Origin: Octopus vulgaris
Taxonomy: Eukaryota
Assembly: GCA_951406725.2 (NCBI GenBank)
Contig: OX597815.1
Coordinates: 54,002,001-54,066,000 of the forward strand
Direction of reading: 5' to 3'
Length of the DNA: 64,000 nucleotides
In this document: positions 12,765 through 25,858 of the stretch, piece after piece
Layout of the letters: each line of letters starts with the position of its first letter
Numbering within the stretch: the first letter of the stretch is position 1
Position numbers and translations under genes: made by a program
The notes under the pieces: model-generated
Database searches by the model: none
What the model was told of the DNA's origin: nothing
Seen by the model: the letters and a program-made list of their open reading frames with translations, nothing else

Positions 12765-14385
12765 TAGTATTAGACAATTAAAATAAGATTGGAGAGTTAA
12801 AAATTTAATGTAAAGTCAAAAAGGGTCGTTGGGGATATGTGCTGTGTGGTTATTTAGGTTGCTTTAAGGCCTTGTTATATTTATTTTTAATAGTATTGAA
12901 AAGTTGTGTTTCAATATGCGGAATGCCTCTTCTAGGCATAGCTTCCTTGGTATGGAAGCCCTGAATCTCTTATGAAACATGACTAGATGTAGGGAATATT
13001 TCTATTTTTGAGAATTATGTATGTGGCTGGCGAGTGTTGTGGGTTTACTATGTTTCTCGTATCTAAATGAATTGAGATGCGCAGCGTATCGCTGTTCAAA
13101 ATTTATAGTTGATCCCATATATATGGTTGTAGCGTGTGGAGGACGGGGCATTTATAAATTATATTAGACCTTCTACAATGGGTTTGTAGATGGCAGATGG
13201 TCCCAGGACGGCAGTTACATGGTAGTGTATGGTGGGGATTATTCTCAGGAATGGAGGGAGTAATACTGTTAGAGGATGGGTTAGAGATGGGGGTAGACTG
13301 GTCTATGTTATTAATATTATTATTATCGTTACTAACTCTATCGTTGTTGTTATGTATCCTATCTGTGATAGGGCTGGAAGTTGTAGTAGTATTATTCTGG
13401 TTAGTGGGATTAGTAGGGTTTCTGTTGTGGACTAAAGTATAGGGCTCGATATTGGAGCTATGTATATGTTGGGCGCGCGCCTGTTCAGACTTGTTACAAC
13501 GTAAGTTTTGATAATATAGAAAATTTTCGTTTATTAGACACTGTTATGATAGACTCAAAGTTGGGTGGGAGTGAGTAGGATAGCCTTAAGGTAGATCTAT
13601 TAAAAATAGAGAAATGTTTATGTTGACAAGGGAAGTTGGAGTCCAGTATATTAAAAAATGATTTAACTAAGCTCTTAACGTTTTGTGAGAAGGGTGGTGT
13701 ATACCATAGAATAGAGCGTCCACCGTTTTTTTTTTTTTGGTTGCTTAAGGGTAGTGTTATCTATATTTTTAGAAATTAGAGGCGGGTAATAAGGCACGTT
13801 ATTGTTAGCTGTTTTAGCTTTTGACTTAGTGTTATAAGTGTGCGTGTGGGGCCTAAGTTGTCTTAATCTGGGTTCTTCTGGGGTTCTAGTATTGTGTGTG
13901 TGTGGTCTGTTGTAATTCTTGTGGTTGGCATGTTGCTGTGATATGATTTGAGATATATGTTGCTTGAGCCTAGTATTAGGGTTGTATTTTATTTGTTGGG
14001 AGAAGCCGCTGGCAGCGAGCGCTTTGTTGTAATATGGGGTGTGGTTATCGAATATTTCCTCAGTGGATGAGCAGCCTGATATACGAATTGAGATACTCTT
14101 AACTATATAATCAATAGTGGATTTGTGGTGATTGGGATTAATGTTTAAGTACTTCAGGTAATGGTTAGGTTTGTAATATGGGGATTACTGGGAGGTTTCT
14201 AAGTTTAAAGTTGCATCTAGAAAACTTCTGTGTTTTCATGGGAATTTTCAAAAGTAACAGATAGAATGAGGCTATTGAAAAATGTGTGCAGATCTTTCCT
14301 AGTTCGTTCTAAAGAGGCTTCATTTAAGCTCTTGGTAACTAGCAAAGCGTAATCTATGCAGACACCTCCCTTGATGTTAAAGAAA
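12765..14385 (-). pseudogene. Decayed Naiad-like PLE, RT C-terminal half + GIY-YIG
   Basis: Minus-strand peptides LERTRKDLHTFF, FLDATLN, PYYKPNH..KYLN, RISGCSSTEEIFDNHTPYY, ILWYTPPFSQN, TIYMGSTINFEQRYAAHLNSF..EKHSKPTTLASHI. Confidence 0.8.
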
Positions 14386-14390
14386 ATACA

Positions 14391-15468
14391 TTTTCAAAAA
14401 GCTCAAATTGTTGGTGCTCGTATGGCAGGTGCTAGCGTAACGAATATGGATGAAATGTTTGGTGTATCAAGAAGTACTGTCTCAAAAATAATGACAGCCT
14501 TTGAGAAAGTGGGACAAACCTTCTCATCGAAACAAACTCCAGAAGAAAACCAAAACTTTCAGATAGGGACTGTCGGACTCTTACGCGAATTGTTAGAAAG
14601 GATCACAGAAGTAAAGCTCCAAAAATTACTACGGAGCTTAAGGACTCCCTTCGAGAACCAAGTTTCCACAAAAACTGTTCGCCGGGAGCTGCACAAAACC
14701 AGATTTCACGGGAGGGCTGCAATCAGAAAACCACTACTTTCAAAAACAAATGTTGCAAAGCGTTTAGAGTGGAGTAAAAACCTACAGAATTGGTCTCTGG
14801 AGCAGTGGAGGAATGTTATTTTCTTGGACTAGCCATTCTTTACCTTATTTTAGACAACTGGCTTAGTATACGTGTGGAGACAGCCATAAAAAACATTTGG
14901 CCCAGACTACCTTCTTCCAACTTTTAAACAGGGAAAAGGATCTGTGATGATCTGTGATGATCTGGGGGGGGGGGTGCTATATCTTGGAAATTCGCCGGCC
15001 AAATGGTTTTCCTTTCAGGGCAGAATTAATAGTCAAGACCATTTAAGCATTTTATCTGATCAAATTCATCCTATTGTTGAGGAATTGGAAACGCAGTCTT
15101 TCAGGATGATAATACACCAATTCATATAGCTAAAGTTGTTACTGAATGGCACAAGAAACATTCTAGTGAAGTTGAACATTTTATCTGGCCACCACAGTCT
15201 CGAGAATCTCAATATTAGTGAAAATTTATGGTGTATTTTAGAAAAGCAAGTAAAGAGTTGATATCCTCCACCATCATCACTACAGTCACTGGAGACTGTT
15301 TTAGATGAAGAATGGACAAAAATTCCTCTGGAAACAATTCAAACTTTGTACGAGTCTACACCTCATAGAATTCAAGCTGTAATTACTGCCAAAGGCGGTC
15401 CTACCCAATATTAAAAAAAATATTTGTTTACAATTTTAAGGTGTTTCCATTATTTTGTCCAAACCTTG
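14391..15468 (+). mobile_element. Tc1-family DNA transposon relic lacking its left end
   Basis: FQKAQIVGARMAGASVT, VSTKTVRRELHK..FHGRAAIRKPLLS, FQDDN, WPPQS, AVITAKGGPTQY. Right end ...attattttgtccaaaccttg|TA. Confidence 0.85.
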
Positions 15469-16369
15469 TATGTATTTGTATGATATCTTCGATCAGTCAA
15501 TCAACATGACACTTCTCTCAAGAATTCGTTATATTTGAAATTGTGTATACATGATGGTTTACCCAGATTTCTACTGTTGTGTTGCTTTACTGTTTTATGT
15601 GTAGTCTTAGTATCTTAGCTTAAAACAGGCAAACCGTTGTAATCCTCGTTTAATATCCACTGGTTATACAACTTGAAACTACATTTAGCTGTTATTGAAA
15701 TATGTTTTAAATTAAAGTAAACATTTTCCAATTTTGCAGCGTTTGAAATATAATTTTGTATAAAATTATAAGAGAATGTGAGGAAGAGGACGATATTTGG
15801 CAGTATTGAGTAATATTTATAAGCAGTTATATTAATCATTAATAATATTAGAGAACATTCTATTTAAACAGTCTGGCAGCGGAATTTGCTTACAAAAACA
15901 CTTTTCCAGATTTAAATTTAATTACATATAGTAAAATGTATTCAAAATATTAAAAAGAGCAAGAAATATAAAACTATTAAACGATAACATTTAAAAACGG
16001 AACAAAACTCATAATTTCAAGAAACATTGTAACAGCTTGTTTACTTAAATTGCAGTAGAAATCAGGTAATTGATGGAATGCATTGTACTTAAAACTTATT
16101 CAAGAACATTTAATTTAAATACACGTGTGTCTATTTAATATAGATTAGAAAAAAATAGTACGGAAAGTCTCGTAGTTATATTAAATTAAGAAATTTAAAT
16201 TGTAACTATTAGATAAAACTATTATTTAACCCTCTCCACGGCAATACAAGACGAATATTATGAGTGCATTCCGTCTAAATGCAACGATTTCGCATTTACT
16301 TCCATTCGAGAAATGTAGATACATACATACAAACATACATATATCGACTTACGTGCGAATATACAGTTG

Positions 16370-16565
16370 AATTTCAAATTTTGACACAATGCAATTTAGC
16401 GATAGGGGCAAGTTAATTTCATCGACCCCAGCACTCATTTAAAACTTCTTTTATCGACGCCAAAAGGATGAGAGACAAAGTGAACTTCAGCAGAATTTTA
16501 ACTCAGACTTTAAAGACCGACGATATGCCGCTAAGCCCGGCATACTAACGATTCTGCTCGCTTGC
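16370..16565 (-). mobile_element. Second tRNA-derived SINE family, diverged copy
   Basis: Similar to 39148-39332 and 46480-46692 (atcgacccc..., aaaggatga.agacaaagt). Confidence 0.6.
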
Positions 16566-16576
16566 ACACACTCACA

Positions 16577-16622
<46 letters not shown>

Positions 16623-16669
16623 AACACACACACACACACACTCACTCACACACACACTTATATGTGTAT

Positions 16670-18480
16670 ACTTGCTTTGCGGACGATTGTAGTCCCTATA
16701 TGCTTTAACTAGAGCATTGCAGCATTTTAGCACCTATTTCTTGCAATGTGTTCCTAACACCCTAGTCACATTTAGTGACAATTATAGCTTTCCTTTTTGG
16801 TAAAACATTGCAAAGCGCTGTCTATTTTAATTTTATGTATACACATTAGCGATTCGCTAAATCATTCATAGATTTCTATGGTGAAAGCCATTAAATCCGA
16901 AATCTACCGAAGTCGAGCGAGAATTCTGACTGATGAGGCAACTGATGAGTCCTTACTGATGAGGCAACGAAACTGAATTTATGGTAGGGAATTCTCGAAC
17001 AGTGTTTTCGGGCGATTGTAGCCCCAGTCTGTATATATGTATACAATTATGTGTTTTGTGTTATATTTCTCTTGCTTACTTACAAAAAATACAGTAATAA
17101 TCCCGATAAGTGTGTTGTCAGTGGTTCAATATATTTCTCTATCTGGACTTTTTACTCTCCTACACTCGGATTCCTACACTTCAGCTGCACCTCTCTTGCC
17201 CATAGATTACACTGGACTCTTCCGTTGATGAGAAATCGCTCCAATACACCTCGACGTTTGAACCTTTTGAACTTTTCTAAACTTTTTGTACTCTCTGCTT
17301 TTCCTTATTGTCATTTCCCTCAATCCGCACTTGTTATCTTGTCTCTCACTCTCTCCCTCCCTCTCTTTTTCCCTTTTGTCTTCTCTTCTTCCTGTCTTCC
17401 CTTCTCTCCTGGTCTTTATTTTTCTTCTCCTCCCACCACTTATATTTTTTCCTTACGCCTTTTGCATCTTTTCTCCCCACATTTTCTGAATTTTCCTCCT
17501 CACGTCTTTATTTGCCTTTCTCTCTCCCCCTTTTCTCTTTTTCTTTCTCCTTTTTTTCGTTTTTCAATCATGTCCGATTACAAACCTTTCCTCCTCCATC
17601 TTCACCACCGCCTAAAAGTAAAAAATCCACATTTCCTTTCAACCTTCTATTAACCTTTCCCTACTAATTTTCAAAACAACACGCTTCTCTAGCCACGTTT
17701 CCTTTCTCAGTCGCTGCCTCCATCACCGCCTCATCCCTAAAGGTTTCCGCCACCATTTCCTCCCTACTCTCCACACTGCTTCAACCATCCTACCGCCTTA
17801 TGCGCGCCACCTTTCGTTCTAATCTCTTCAAAATATACACCATCGACTACTCTTTCCCTCTTGCTTTTCCCACCTTCTTCTCTTTTCAGTCGCCCTCCCA
17901 TGCTAACATTACTTTACGTTACATAATTGATTTAAATCATCTCTTTCATCAATTTCTCGCTCGTACCAAACAACGTAAATTCCATTCAGTCCTCCATTCC
18001 ATCACACCCGATGCCACTACACCAACTCCTCCCCTCCCCTGCTCCCTCCCTGACAAGCTCCGCACCCTCACCAAACTCCCGTCCCTCCCAACCCCACGCC
18101 CTCATACACCTCATCCCCTCCCTCCGAGCCTACCACCATCTCAGCACCCTCCTACATCTGTCGCATCCACCCCTTCTCCACTTCAGGCCGTTATTATCAT
18201 TCCGCCAGGTCTTCTCCTCTCTAAGGCAGAGCGCTCCCTCCTCAGTAGGGGTCTGCGCTTCAACACCTCACCCCATCCAGCAACAAATTTCGGACTTGTA
18301 CCGATATCCACAACTTAGGATGTGTGCGCTTTTCCGCGACACTCCACCTGCATCTAATGAGGAGGACTGCTTCACCGACCTGGGCCGCCGACAATCCCAG
18401 AGGAAGCCAGCTCTTGGTCAGTTCCAAGCAGTCTATCTTTTTGCGGGCGCCTACCAGCGCGCTGTGGACCGGTCTGACGG
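16670..18480 (+). mobile_element. Neptune-like PLE 5' portion: pLTR with hammerhead, pyrimidine-rich leader and decayed N-terminal ORF
   Basis: SHVSFLSRCLHHRLIPKGFR (~17690-17750) and LSKAERSLLSRGLRF are conserved PLE N-terminal motifs. The short motif cg..cgattgtag.ccc is repeated at ~16680 and ~17010. Confidence 0.7.
16918..16997 (+). ncRNA. Minimal hammerhead ribozyme with triplicated CUGAUGA
   Basis: cgagaattc ... CTGATGA at 16930, 16942 and 16956, then G-gcaa-C, GAAAC...GTA and gggaattctcg closing stem I. Confidence 0.65.
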
Positions 18481-18527
18481 CGGTCATATTGGACTACGGC
18501 TCTCATATATATTGGAGTACGGCTTTA

Positions 18528-18644
<117 letters not shown>

Positions 18645-18680
18645 GTATATTAATAAATTCCTCCTGGAACTTATTAATAA

Positions 18681-19063
18681 CTAGCAGTATCGCCCGGCGT
18701 TGCTCAGGTTTGTAAGGGAAATAACTATAAAGCATTTTTAGAGAGTTATAGCCAAAAAATAGCAAAAAAATGGGAAAAAAATGATGGTAAATTTTTTTTT
18801 TAGTTAAAAAAGGTGGAGTTGCGTTCCCTAGACAGTTTGCGGTTTGCGTTTCTGATTCTCGACCCCATGTCGAATTTATCGATTTTTTCAGAACTGGGGG
18901 AACTTTTGAAAATTTTCGCTGCGTTAGTTTTGAATTATGACATTGGGCTATGTATGTGTCAAGTTTCATCAGAATCGGTTGAAAGCCGTGGTCAGGGTGA
19001 GGGTACAAGCAAACAGACACACAGAAACACGCACAGACAAACTGCCGTTTATATATAGAGAGA
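18681..19063 (-). mobile_element. Non-autonomous Helitron (~380 bp)
   Basis: Minus strand begins A|TCTCTCTATATATAAAC and ends in GC-rich GCAACGCCGGGCGATACTG-CTAG|T. AT target, no TSD, Lep1-like internal acagac repeats. Confidence 0.75.
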
Positions 19064-19220
19064 TGACAATGATTTGTGTGGCTAATTTTGGAAGAAAATC
19101 GACATTTTTTGTATTTGCTGCCGACAAAAAACCGCGTTTGCGCGTTGGATTTTGAAAAATTATAACATGTAAACGCGAGGCATGTTCTTTATCGCCTTGT
19201 CTTTATATGTTAATCATGGC

Positions 19221-19294
19221 TTTCCTGCTGACGAGAGCTTCGCCAAGTAAATTATTTTATTTCTGAAGTTTGCTTGCAACCATGGTACAGGAAA
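19221..19294 (+). ncRNA. Type-I hammerhead ribozyme relic with long stem II
   Basis: Stem I tttcctg/caggaaa, CTGACGA, stem II gagc...gctt, GCAA in place of GAAA, palindromic stem III ACCATGGT, GUA. Confidence 0.65.
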
Positions 19295-19620
19295 CAGAGA
19301 GTAAATGTTTTAATTTTTCATTCCCTTTCGAAATTACCCCTAATAGTGGTTTGGAGTTTAACGACTCCTTCTAGCAGGTCAAATCTCCTGTTATGGCCAT
19401 CTCTTATGTATTTGTGTGTATTTTCCCTTGTTTACAATTAACATGGAAAAATAGATAAACGGTTACAATTTATATATATATATAATAGAAATATGTTAAA
19501 AAAATGAAATAGAAACTACACGTGGTAATGTAAGGAGAGAGAAAAAAATAAACGAAAATGCATATTGGGAATCAAAAAAAGTAAAGGATTATATATATAT
19601 ATATATTATAAATAATAATA

Positions 19621-19872
19621 AGTTTTGAATGGTACAACAATGCACTATAATACAAACAATGGGCTATATACCTGTTGTAATTTAGTCATCCATAGTCTCA
19701 TAGGATATTTCAGAATAGAATTCCTTATTCCGAAATATTATCAGACTATGTATGACTAAATTACAATATGTATATGGCCCATCGTTTGTATTATAGTGCA
19801 TTGTCATACCATTCAAAACTAGTTATTCTTTACAAACAATACACAATGCTTCAAGCGAAATACAATACTCTC
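19621..19872. repeat. Fold-back unit (arms ~19621-19717 / 19726-19820) plus tail
   Basis: ~95 bp diverged inverted arms between TA runs. Confidence 0.8.
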
Positions 19873-19882
19873 ATATATATCA

Positions 19883-20192
19883 TAGTACTAGTAGAAAGGT
19901 ATATTTTTCATCGCGTAAATACTGATATAACAGTATACATGGGATAATATCCCTTACAGAGCAGAAAAAATTGTCAGCAACATGGTTCCGGGTTGAGACC
20001 CACTGCGTGGCACCTTGGATGTGTGCCTTCTATTATAGCCTGGGGACGGCTAAATCTTTGTGACTGGATTTTTCTGCTCTGTAAGGGATACTATCCCATT
20101 TATATTCTTATATCAGTATTTACGTGTTGAAATATATATCTTTCTACTTGTACTACAATACATTTCAGCACTTCAAAAACAAATTCATGACG
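19883..20192. repeat. Fold-back unit (arms 19883-19969 / 20069-20155) enclosing a SINE head fragment
   Basis: The loop catggttccgggtt..cccactgcgtggcaccttgg matches the SINE at 2875/60068. Confidence 0.8.
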
Positions 20193-20619
20193 TAATATAT
20201 ATAAATATATATATATATTTATATATATATATATATATATTTATATGGAACAGTAAGTCGAAATCAGGTTATATTAAAGTAGATATGAAGTTGAGTTAAT
20301 CATTTTAATGGAATATAACTAACTATATCTCTATCTAAATTGCAACTATTTATATTACGTCGGTTCCAAATATTTAATCATTAAAAAACATTAATGAATA
20401 TTGAATATTACAATGTTACATATTTCGAAAAATTAATAAAGAAACATTTTCGAATAATTGGTTGAAAGTTCTGTGTTACTGTGTTACAAATGTTATTCAA
20501 TATACAAATATGTATTTCAGCTTGAGGCTAAAGGGTATTGCGAAATACTTATATTAGAGATTTCGTTTTTGGATTTGGTTTGCAAGATTATTTATATGAG
20601 TTCGTGTGTTGAAGCTTAT

Positions 20620-20761
20620 TCTGTTGTGTCTAGGGAGAGTCATTTTCTTTTTGTGCCTTATTATTTAACACACTCAAATAAGAAATAAGTGAACATTTTA
20701 CCGGTGAGTGTGTTAAATAATAAGGCACTAAAAGAAAATGACTCTCCCCTGACACAACAGA
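20620..20761. repeat. Fold-back unit (arms 20620-20676 / 20705-20761)
   Basis: 57 bp inverted arms with ~3 mismatches. Confidence 0.85.
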
Positions 20762-20854
20762 TTATATTAGAGAAATATTTATATTACAATGTTTTTTTCA
20801 AATAAATATAAATAAAGTAAAAAGACAGGTACAGAACTCAGTGAATAATATGCT

Positions 20855-21007
20855 TTATGGTAAGAAGTTTGCTTTCCAACCATATGATTCTAAGTTCGAG
20901 GTGGCAGTGGAACCTTGGACAAGTTTCTTTTAATATAGCCTCGGGCCAACCAAAACTTTGTGAGTGCATTCGGTAGACGGAAAGTAAAAAACCCACCGTA
21001 TATATAT

Positions 21008-21054
<47 letters not shown>

Positions 21055-21285
21055 TGTGTGTTTGTGTCTAGTTTTGTCATCCCACTCCTCCACCGCGGGA
21101 CAACCGGTGTAGGTTTGCTTAGGTCCCGTAACTTAGGGTTTGACAGAGATGACCGATGGAATAAGTACAAGGCTTAAACAATATATAAGTACTGGGGTCG
21201 ATTCATTCGACTAAAGAATTCTAGGCAATGCACCAGCATGGCTGCAGTCTAATAACTATAACAAGTGAAAGATAAAGGATATAAG
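20855..21285 (+). mobile_element. OK-like tRNA-SINE copy
   Basis: Colinear with 2834-3220, with an internal (TA)n. Confidence 0.75.
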
Positions 21286-21303
21286 ATATAAACTAAATTA
21301 AAT

Positions 21304-21400
<97 letters not shown>

Positions 21401-21401
<1 letters not shown>

Positions 21402-21643
21402 GAGTGAGAGAGCAGTGCATGCCATCAAAGTGACACTGGGGTAAAATAAACGAAGACTGGTATACCCATCATGGCTACCCGTCTGATAAGGGTACACTAG
21501 GCACATGCATCACAAACATATGTGCGCGACATGGTGATATCATATCAAGATAAACAGCACATGACCTTGCAGGTGGGACCCAGTTAGAATTTTCTTCTGG
21601 TCGAGTAACCCATCCCGCTCAAAAGGTCCCTGAATAATTCCAG
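21401..21643 (-). mobile_element. TAA-bounded non-coding element, 3' part
   Basis: Reverse complement of ~44795-45033. Confidence 0.85.
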
Positions 21644-21743
21644 ATTCTTTGAATCTATCAAAGTATGGAAATAGATTATAAAAACGTTTAAGATATTCAC
21701 GAGAAATATTACTATTACACCTCCTTCTCCTCTTCCACCTCCT

Positions 21744-21809
<66 letters not shown>

Positions 21810-21810
21810 A

Positions 21811-22462
<652 letters not shown>

Positions 22463-22463
22463 G

Positions 22464-22497
<34 letters not shown>

Positions 22498-22512
22498 CAT
22501 CATCATTATTAC

Positions 22513-22557
<45 letters not shown>

Positions 22558-22619
22558 AATGATAATAAATGGCCTAGAAGAGTTAAAATGTACGTGTTAA
22601 ATCTTGGTGCAAAAGATGG

Positions 22620-22990
22620 GCTAGAGCAAATATTTTCTGCTCAATACCATAGACTTGCTTGTCAGTTGCTTGACCATATGTGCATCTCTGATTGCAAGTA
22701 GAAATAGTGCGGCTCCAATAATTCACCTCTGGACATATGTGTTTCGTTCAACATCGTTAAACTAACATTATTCATGGACGTTTTAAGCGAGATGGGCTTA
22801 TCAACCTGGAGAAAAAAGTGAGCCCCTCCTCAAATGTCATGTAGCTTCTGACTTGATATGAGGTCAGCACATGGCGCACATATGATTGTGCTGCACGTGT
22901 CTAGTGTACCCTTGAGACGGATAGTAATGATTGCTATATTGGGCTTCGTATAATTGTATCGCAGTATCACTTATATGTCATGTGCTACTC
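22620..22990 (+). mobile_element. Old diverged copy of the TAA-bounded element
   Basis: cttgcttgtcagttg.ttgacc, aataattcacctctgga and ctagtgtaccctt blocks match 44610-45020. Confidence 0.65.
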
Positions 22991-23019
22991 TAAACATGCG
23001 AAACGTTTATATAAACATG

Positions 23020-23764
23020 AAGCAGAGTTTGTTAGAGATAATGCGAAGTACGAGATCTTATGGGATTTTTCCATTACGACTCCACATACTATTAAAGCAA
23101 GAAGACTGAGCATGAACATACATGGCAATAAATAGTGTAAGTTCATAGGTTTTGCAATTCCCTATGAAATCTGAGTCCATACCAAAAAACTTTAAAAGTT
23201 ACGAAATATCAAGATCTAGCCAGAGAACAGAATAGACTGTGGGAGACCAAGACAACAATTATTCCCGTAATAATTGGTGCATTTGGCAGAACACCCAAAA
23301 TCCTACCTAAAAGACTGAAATAGATTGGAATTGAAACTCGCATTGTCGACCTGCAGTTAACGTACCGCCCTATATTCTCCAAGAACCCTAAGAAACAATC
23401 TTGAGATTTAAGGAGACTTGTTGTCACTAAACCTCAAGATAAAATATCTCCTAATTAAATTAGCAAGCAATTATAAAAAAAAATTAAATGGAAATAACAA
23501 CTGTTATCTCAGTAGTTGTATGGGCATTTACAGTATTAACAATCAAGTTCGGGAAATATGTCAAAGCTGGAATTGACGCGAGGGAAGATCATGCCGTAAA
23601 AAACAGTATTATTGGGGAGAGCTAGAATTTTGAGATTGGTACTTAGAAGTCGAGCATGTGTCATAATTCGTGAGAAGTGAACCCGTGAGACCTTTCACAA
23701 CAGCATGTCTGCTCTTACAGAATTAACCAGAGCAAGCAAGATCGAGAGCTATGAGCAGTATAAG

Positions 23765-23765
<1 letters not shown>
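23020..23765 (+). pseudogene. Two decayed R4/Dong 3' fragments (RLE domain)
   Basis: ILWDFSI, KYQDLARE..RLWE, IIPVIIGAFG, and a second VVWAF..ARILR block ending in (TAA)n. Confidence 0.6.
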
Positions 23766-23859
<94 letters not shown>

Positions 23860-23861
23860 CA

Positions 23862-24630
23862 ACCTGAAACTACAGCTACCAAAAAAGGCAAAACGGATCA
23901 AACAGATTGCAAAAACAAGAAGATAGAAAAAAATTGAGGTGCGGTGGAGTCAGAAACCTCTGCATGGACAGCGTGTACTTCGAAGCCGAAATGCTGCTGT
24001 AGACCAAGCAACACTCAATCAATGGCTGAGAAGCTCAGAACTCAAACAGACACTGAAGGTTTCATATTAGCGACACAAGATCAAAGCTTGCTTACAAGAA
24101 ACTACCAGGCTAACGTTCTTCAAAACGGTTCTGACCCTAAATGCAGATTCTGCGATAGATTTGATGAAACAATAGACCATCTCGTCTTGGGATGTCCCGT
24201 GCTGATACCAAACATGTACAAAGATTGCCTCGATAAGGTAGGACAGTATTTCCATTGAAAAATATGTAAACATTGCAAAACACCACTTCTACTTACTGGT
24301 ATGAACATCATCCTGAGCCAGTCGTTGAAGGTAAAAATGTCACTTTCCTCTGGGATTTTAAGTCAACACAGACAGAGCAATCAAGGCTAATCGACCAGAC
24401 ATAGTCATTAAAGACAGGAAAGCCAATACTTGCAGACTAATAGATGTAAGTGTTCCCTCTGATGAAAATATATTTGTAAAGGAATTTGACATATTAAGTA
24501 AATATAGGGACACGGAAATCGAAATACAAAAGATGTGGTATCTTGTTTATACGCACTTTTTACAAGTTGTGGTGCACCTGAGCACTGTATACAATAATTT
24601 CATTATTATTGTTATTATTATTATTATTAA

Positions 24631-24714
<84 letters not shown>

Positions 24715-25005
24715 AGCGAGAACTGTTCTTGTTATTGTGGGTGCCCTAGGTATGATAAGAAATAGATGTCAGAAGCAGATAGATAATATCCCAGGAGAGC
24801 CATGTCTCAGAGAAACGCTAAAGATTCAGCTGACAAGTACTGCCCACGTCCCTAGAAAAACCCTATCAATTTAAATGTATATGTTGTATTACATGGACAT
24901 ATTTTGCTACTACCCATGCCGCTTCCCTCCCCCAAGCTCTCAGTCATACTATAACATCTCCTATCCTTCACTTGCCGTAAGACGCTGGGTGAGTCTCGGC
25001 AAGTG
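23862..25005 (+). pseudogene. R4/Dong 3' fragment (CCHC + RLE) interrupted by a LINE tail
   Basis: TEGFILATQDQSLLTRNY, CRFCDRFDETIDHLV.GC, ANRPDIV, KMWYL|KARTV..IVGALG. Starts right after (TAA)n. Confidence 0.85.
24544..24712 (+). mobile_element. 5'-truncated LINE/SINE 3' tail (L2-like) with (ATT)n, inserted in a Dong RLE
   Basis: ~58 bp unique sequence ...gagcactgtatacaataatttc + (ATT)n splits the Dong peptide KMWYL/KART. Confidence 0.6.
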
Positions 25006-25277
25006 ATTGTGACGAACATGCAGATAAAAACTAAATAATCAATTCCTATTATAGAAGGCACATTGGGTATGATAAAAAACATTCTGACAAATACATAACA
25101 AAAACACCAGGACTTACAAGTATATATAACATAAATAACAGAAAATTGTACTACGAGGCACTGCACACATCCTACATAAAACATAAGGGCACCACAACAA
25201 ACCACAGCACATAACCAAGGTATACAGAGCTGATCTTGGTAGTGCAGTGAAATCACGTGATAAAAATAAGACTACTC

Positions 25278-25278
<1 letters not shown>
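25005..25278 (+). mobile_element. 3' end of the Dong family seen at 43490-43774
   Basis: Same 3' UTR (cacagcacata.ccaagg..cacagagctg..ggtagtg.agtgaaa) followed by (TAA)n. Confidence 0.8.
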
Positions 25279-25337
<59 letters not shown>

Positions 25338-25338
<1 letters not shown>

Positions 25339-25858
25339 TGCACATGCATCACGACCATATATGCGCGACATGGTGATCTCATTATCATGTCCGTGTTTTG
25401 TCTGGGTATAAAATATAGGCGACAGTAAATATTCTTCTCAGTACCACAAATATGCTCATCAGTTGTTTGACCGTAACCAGTGAAGCATGCCCTTTGCCGG
25501 CTCTGATCACGAGTAGAAATATTGGGGTGCGTCATAGCCATTTGTTGAGAGGAATTTGGGGGCATTTAAATAATTCACCCCGGGAAACATGGGTGCTATG
25601 TTCAATATCCTTAAACAACACGTATTCAGAGACCTTTTGAGCGGGATGGGCTACTCAACCTGAAGAAAATTCTAACTGAGCCCCACCTGCAAGGTCATGT
25701 GCTGTTTATCTTGATATGGGATCACTGTGTCGCGCACACATGTTTGTGATGCATGTTATTGGTGTACTCTTATCAGACGGATAGTCATGATAGGTATACT
25801 GGGCTTCGTATATTTTACCCCAGTATCCCCTTGATGGCATGCACTGCTCTCTCACTCA
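25338..25858 (+). mobile_element. TAA-bounded element, rearranged copy
   Basis: 25390-25858 is colinear with 44550-45033. 25338-25385 is a short inverted piece of the same element. Confidence 0.8.

Noticed and set aside
17051-17667. Hydrophobic membrane-protein-like ORFs
   Set aside because: They arise from the CT-rich PLE leader and are a compositional artefact.
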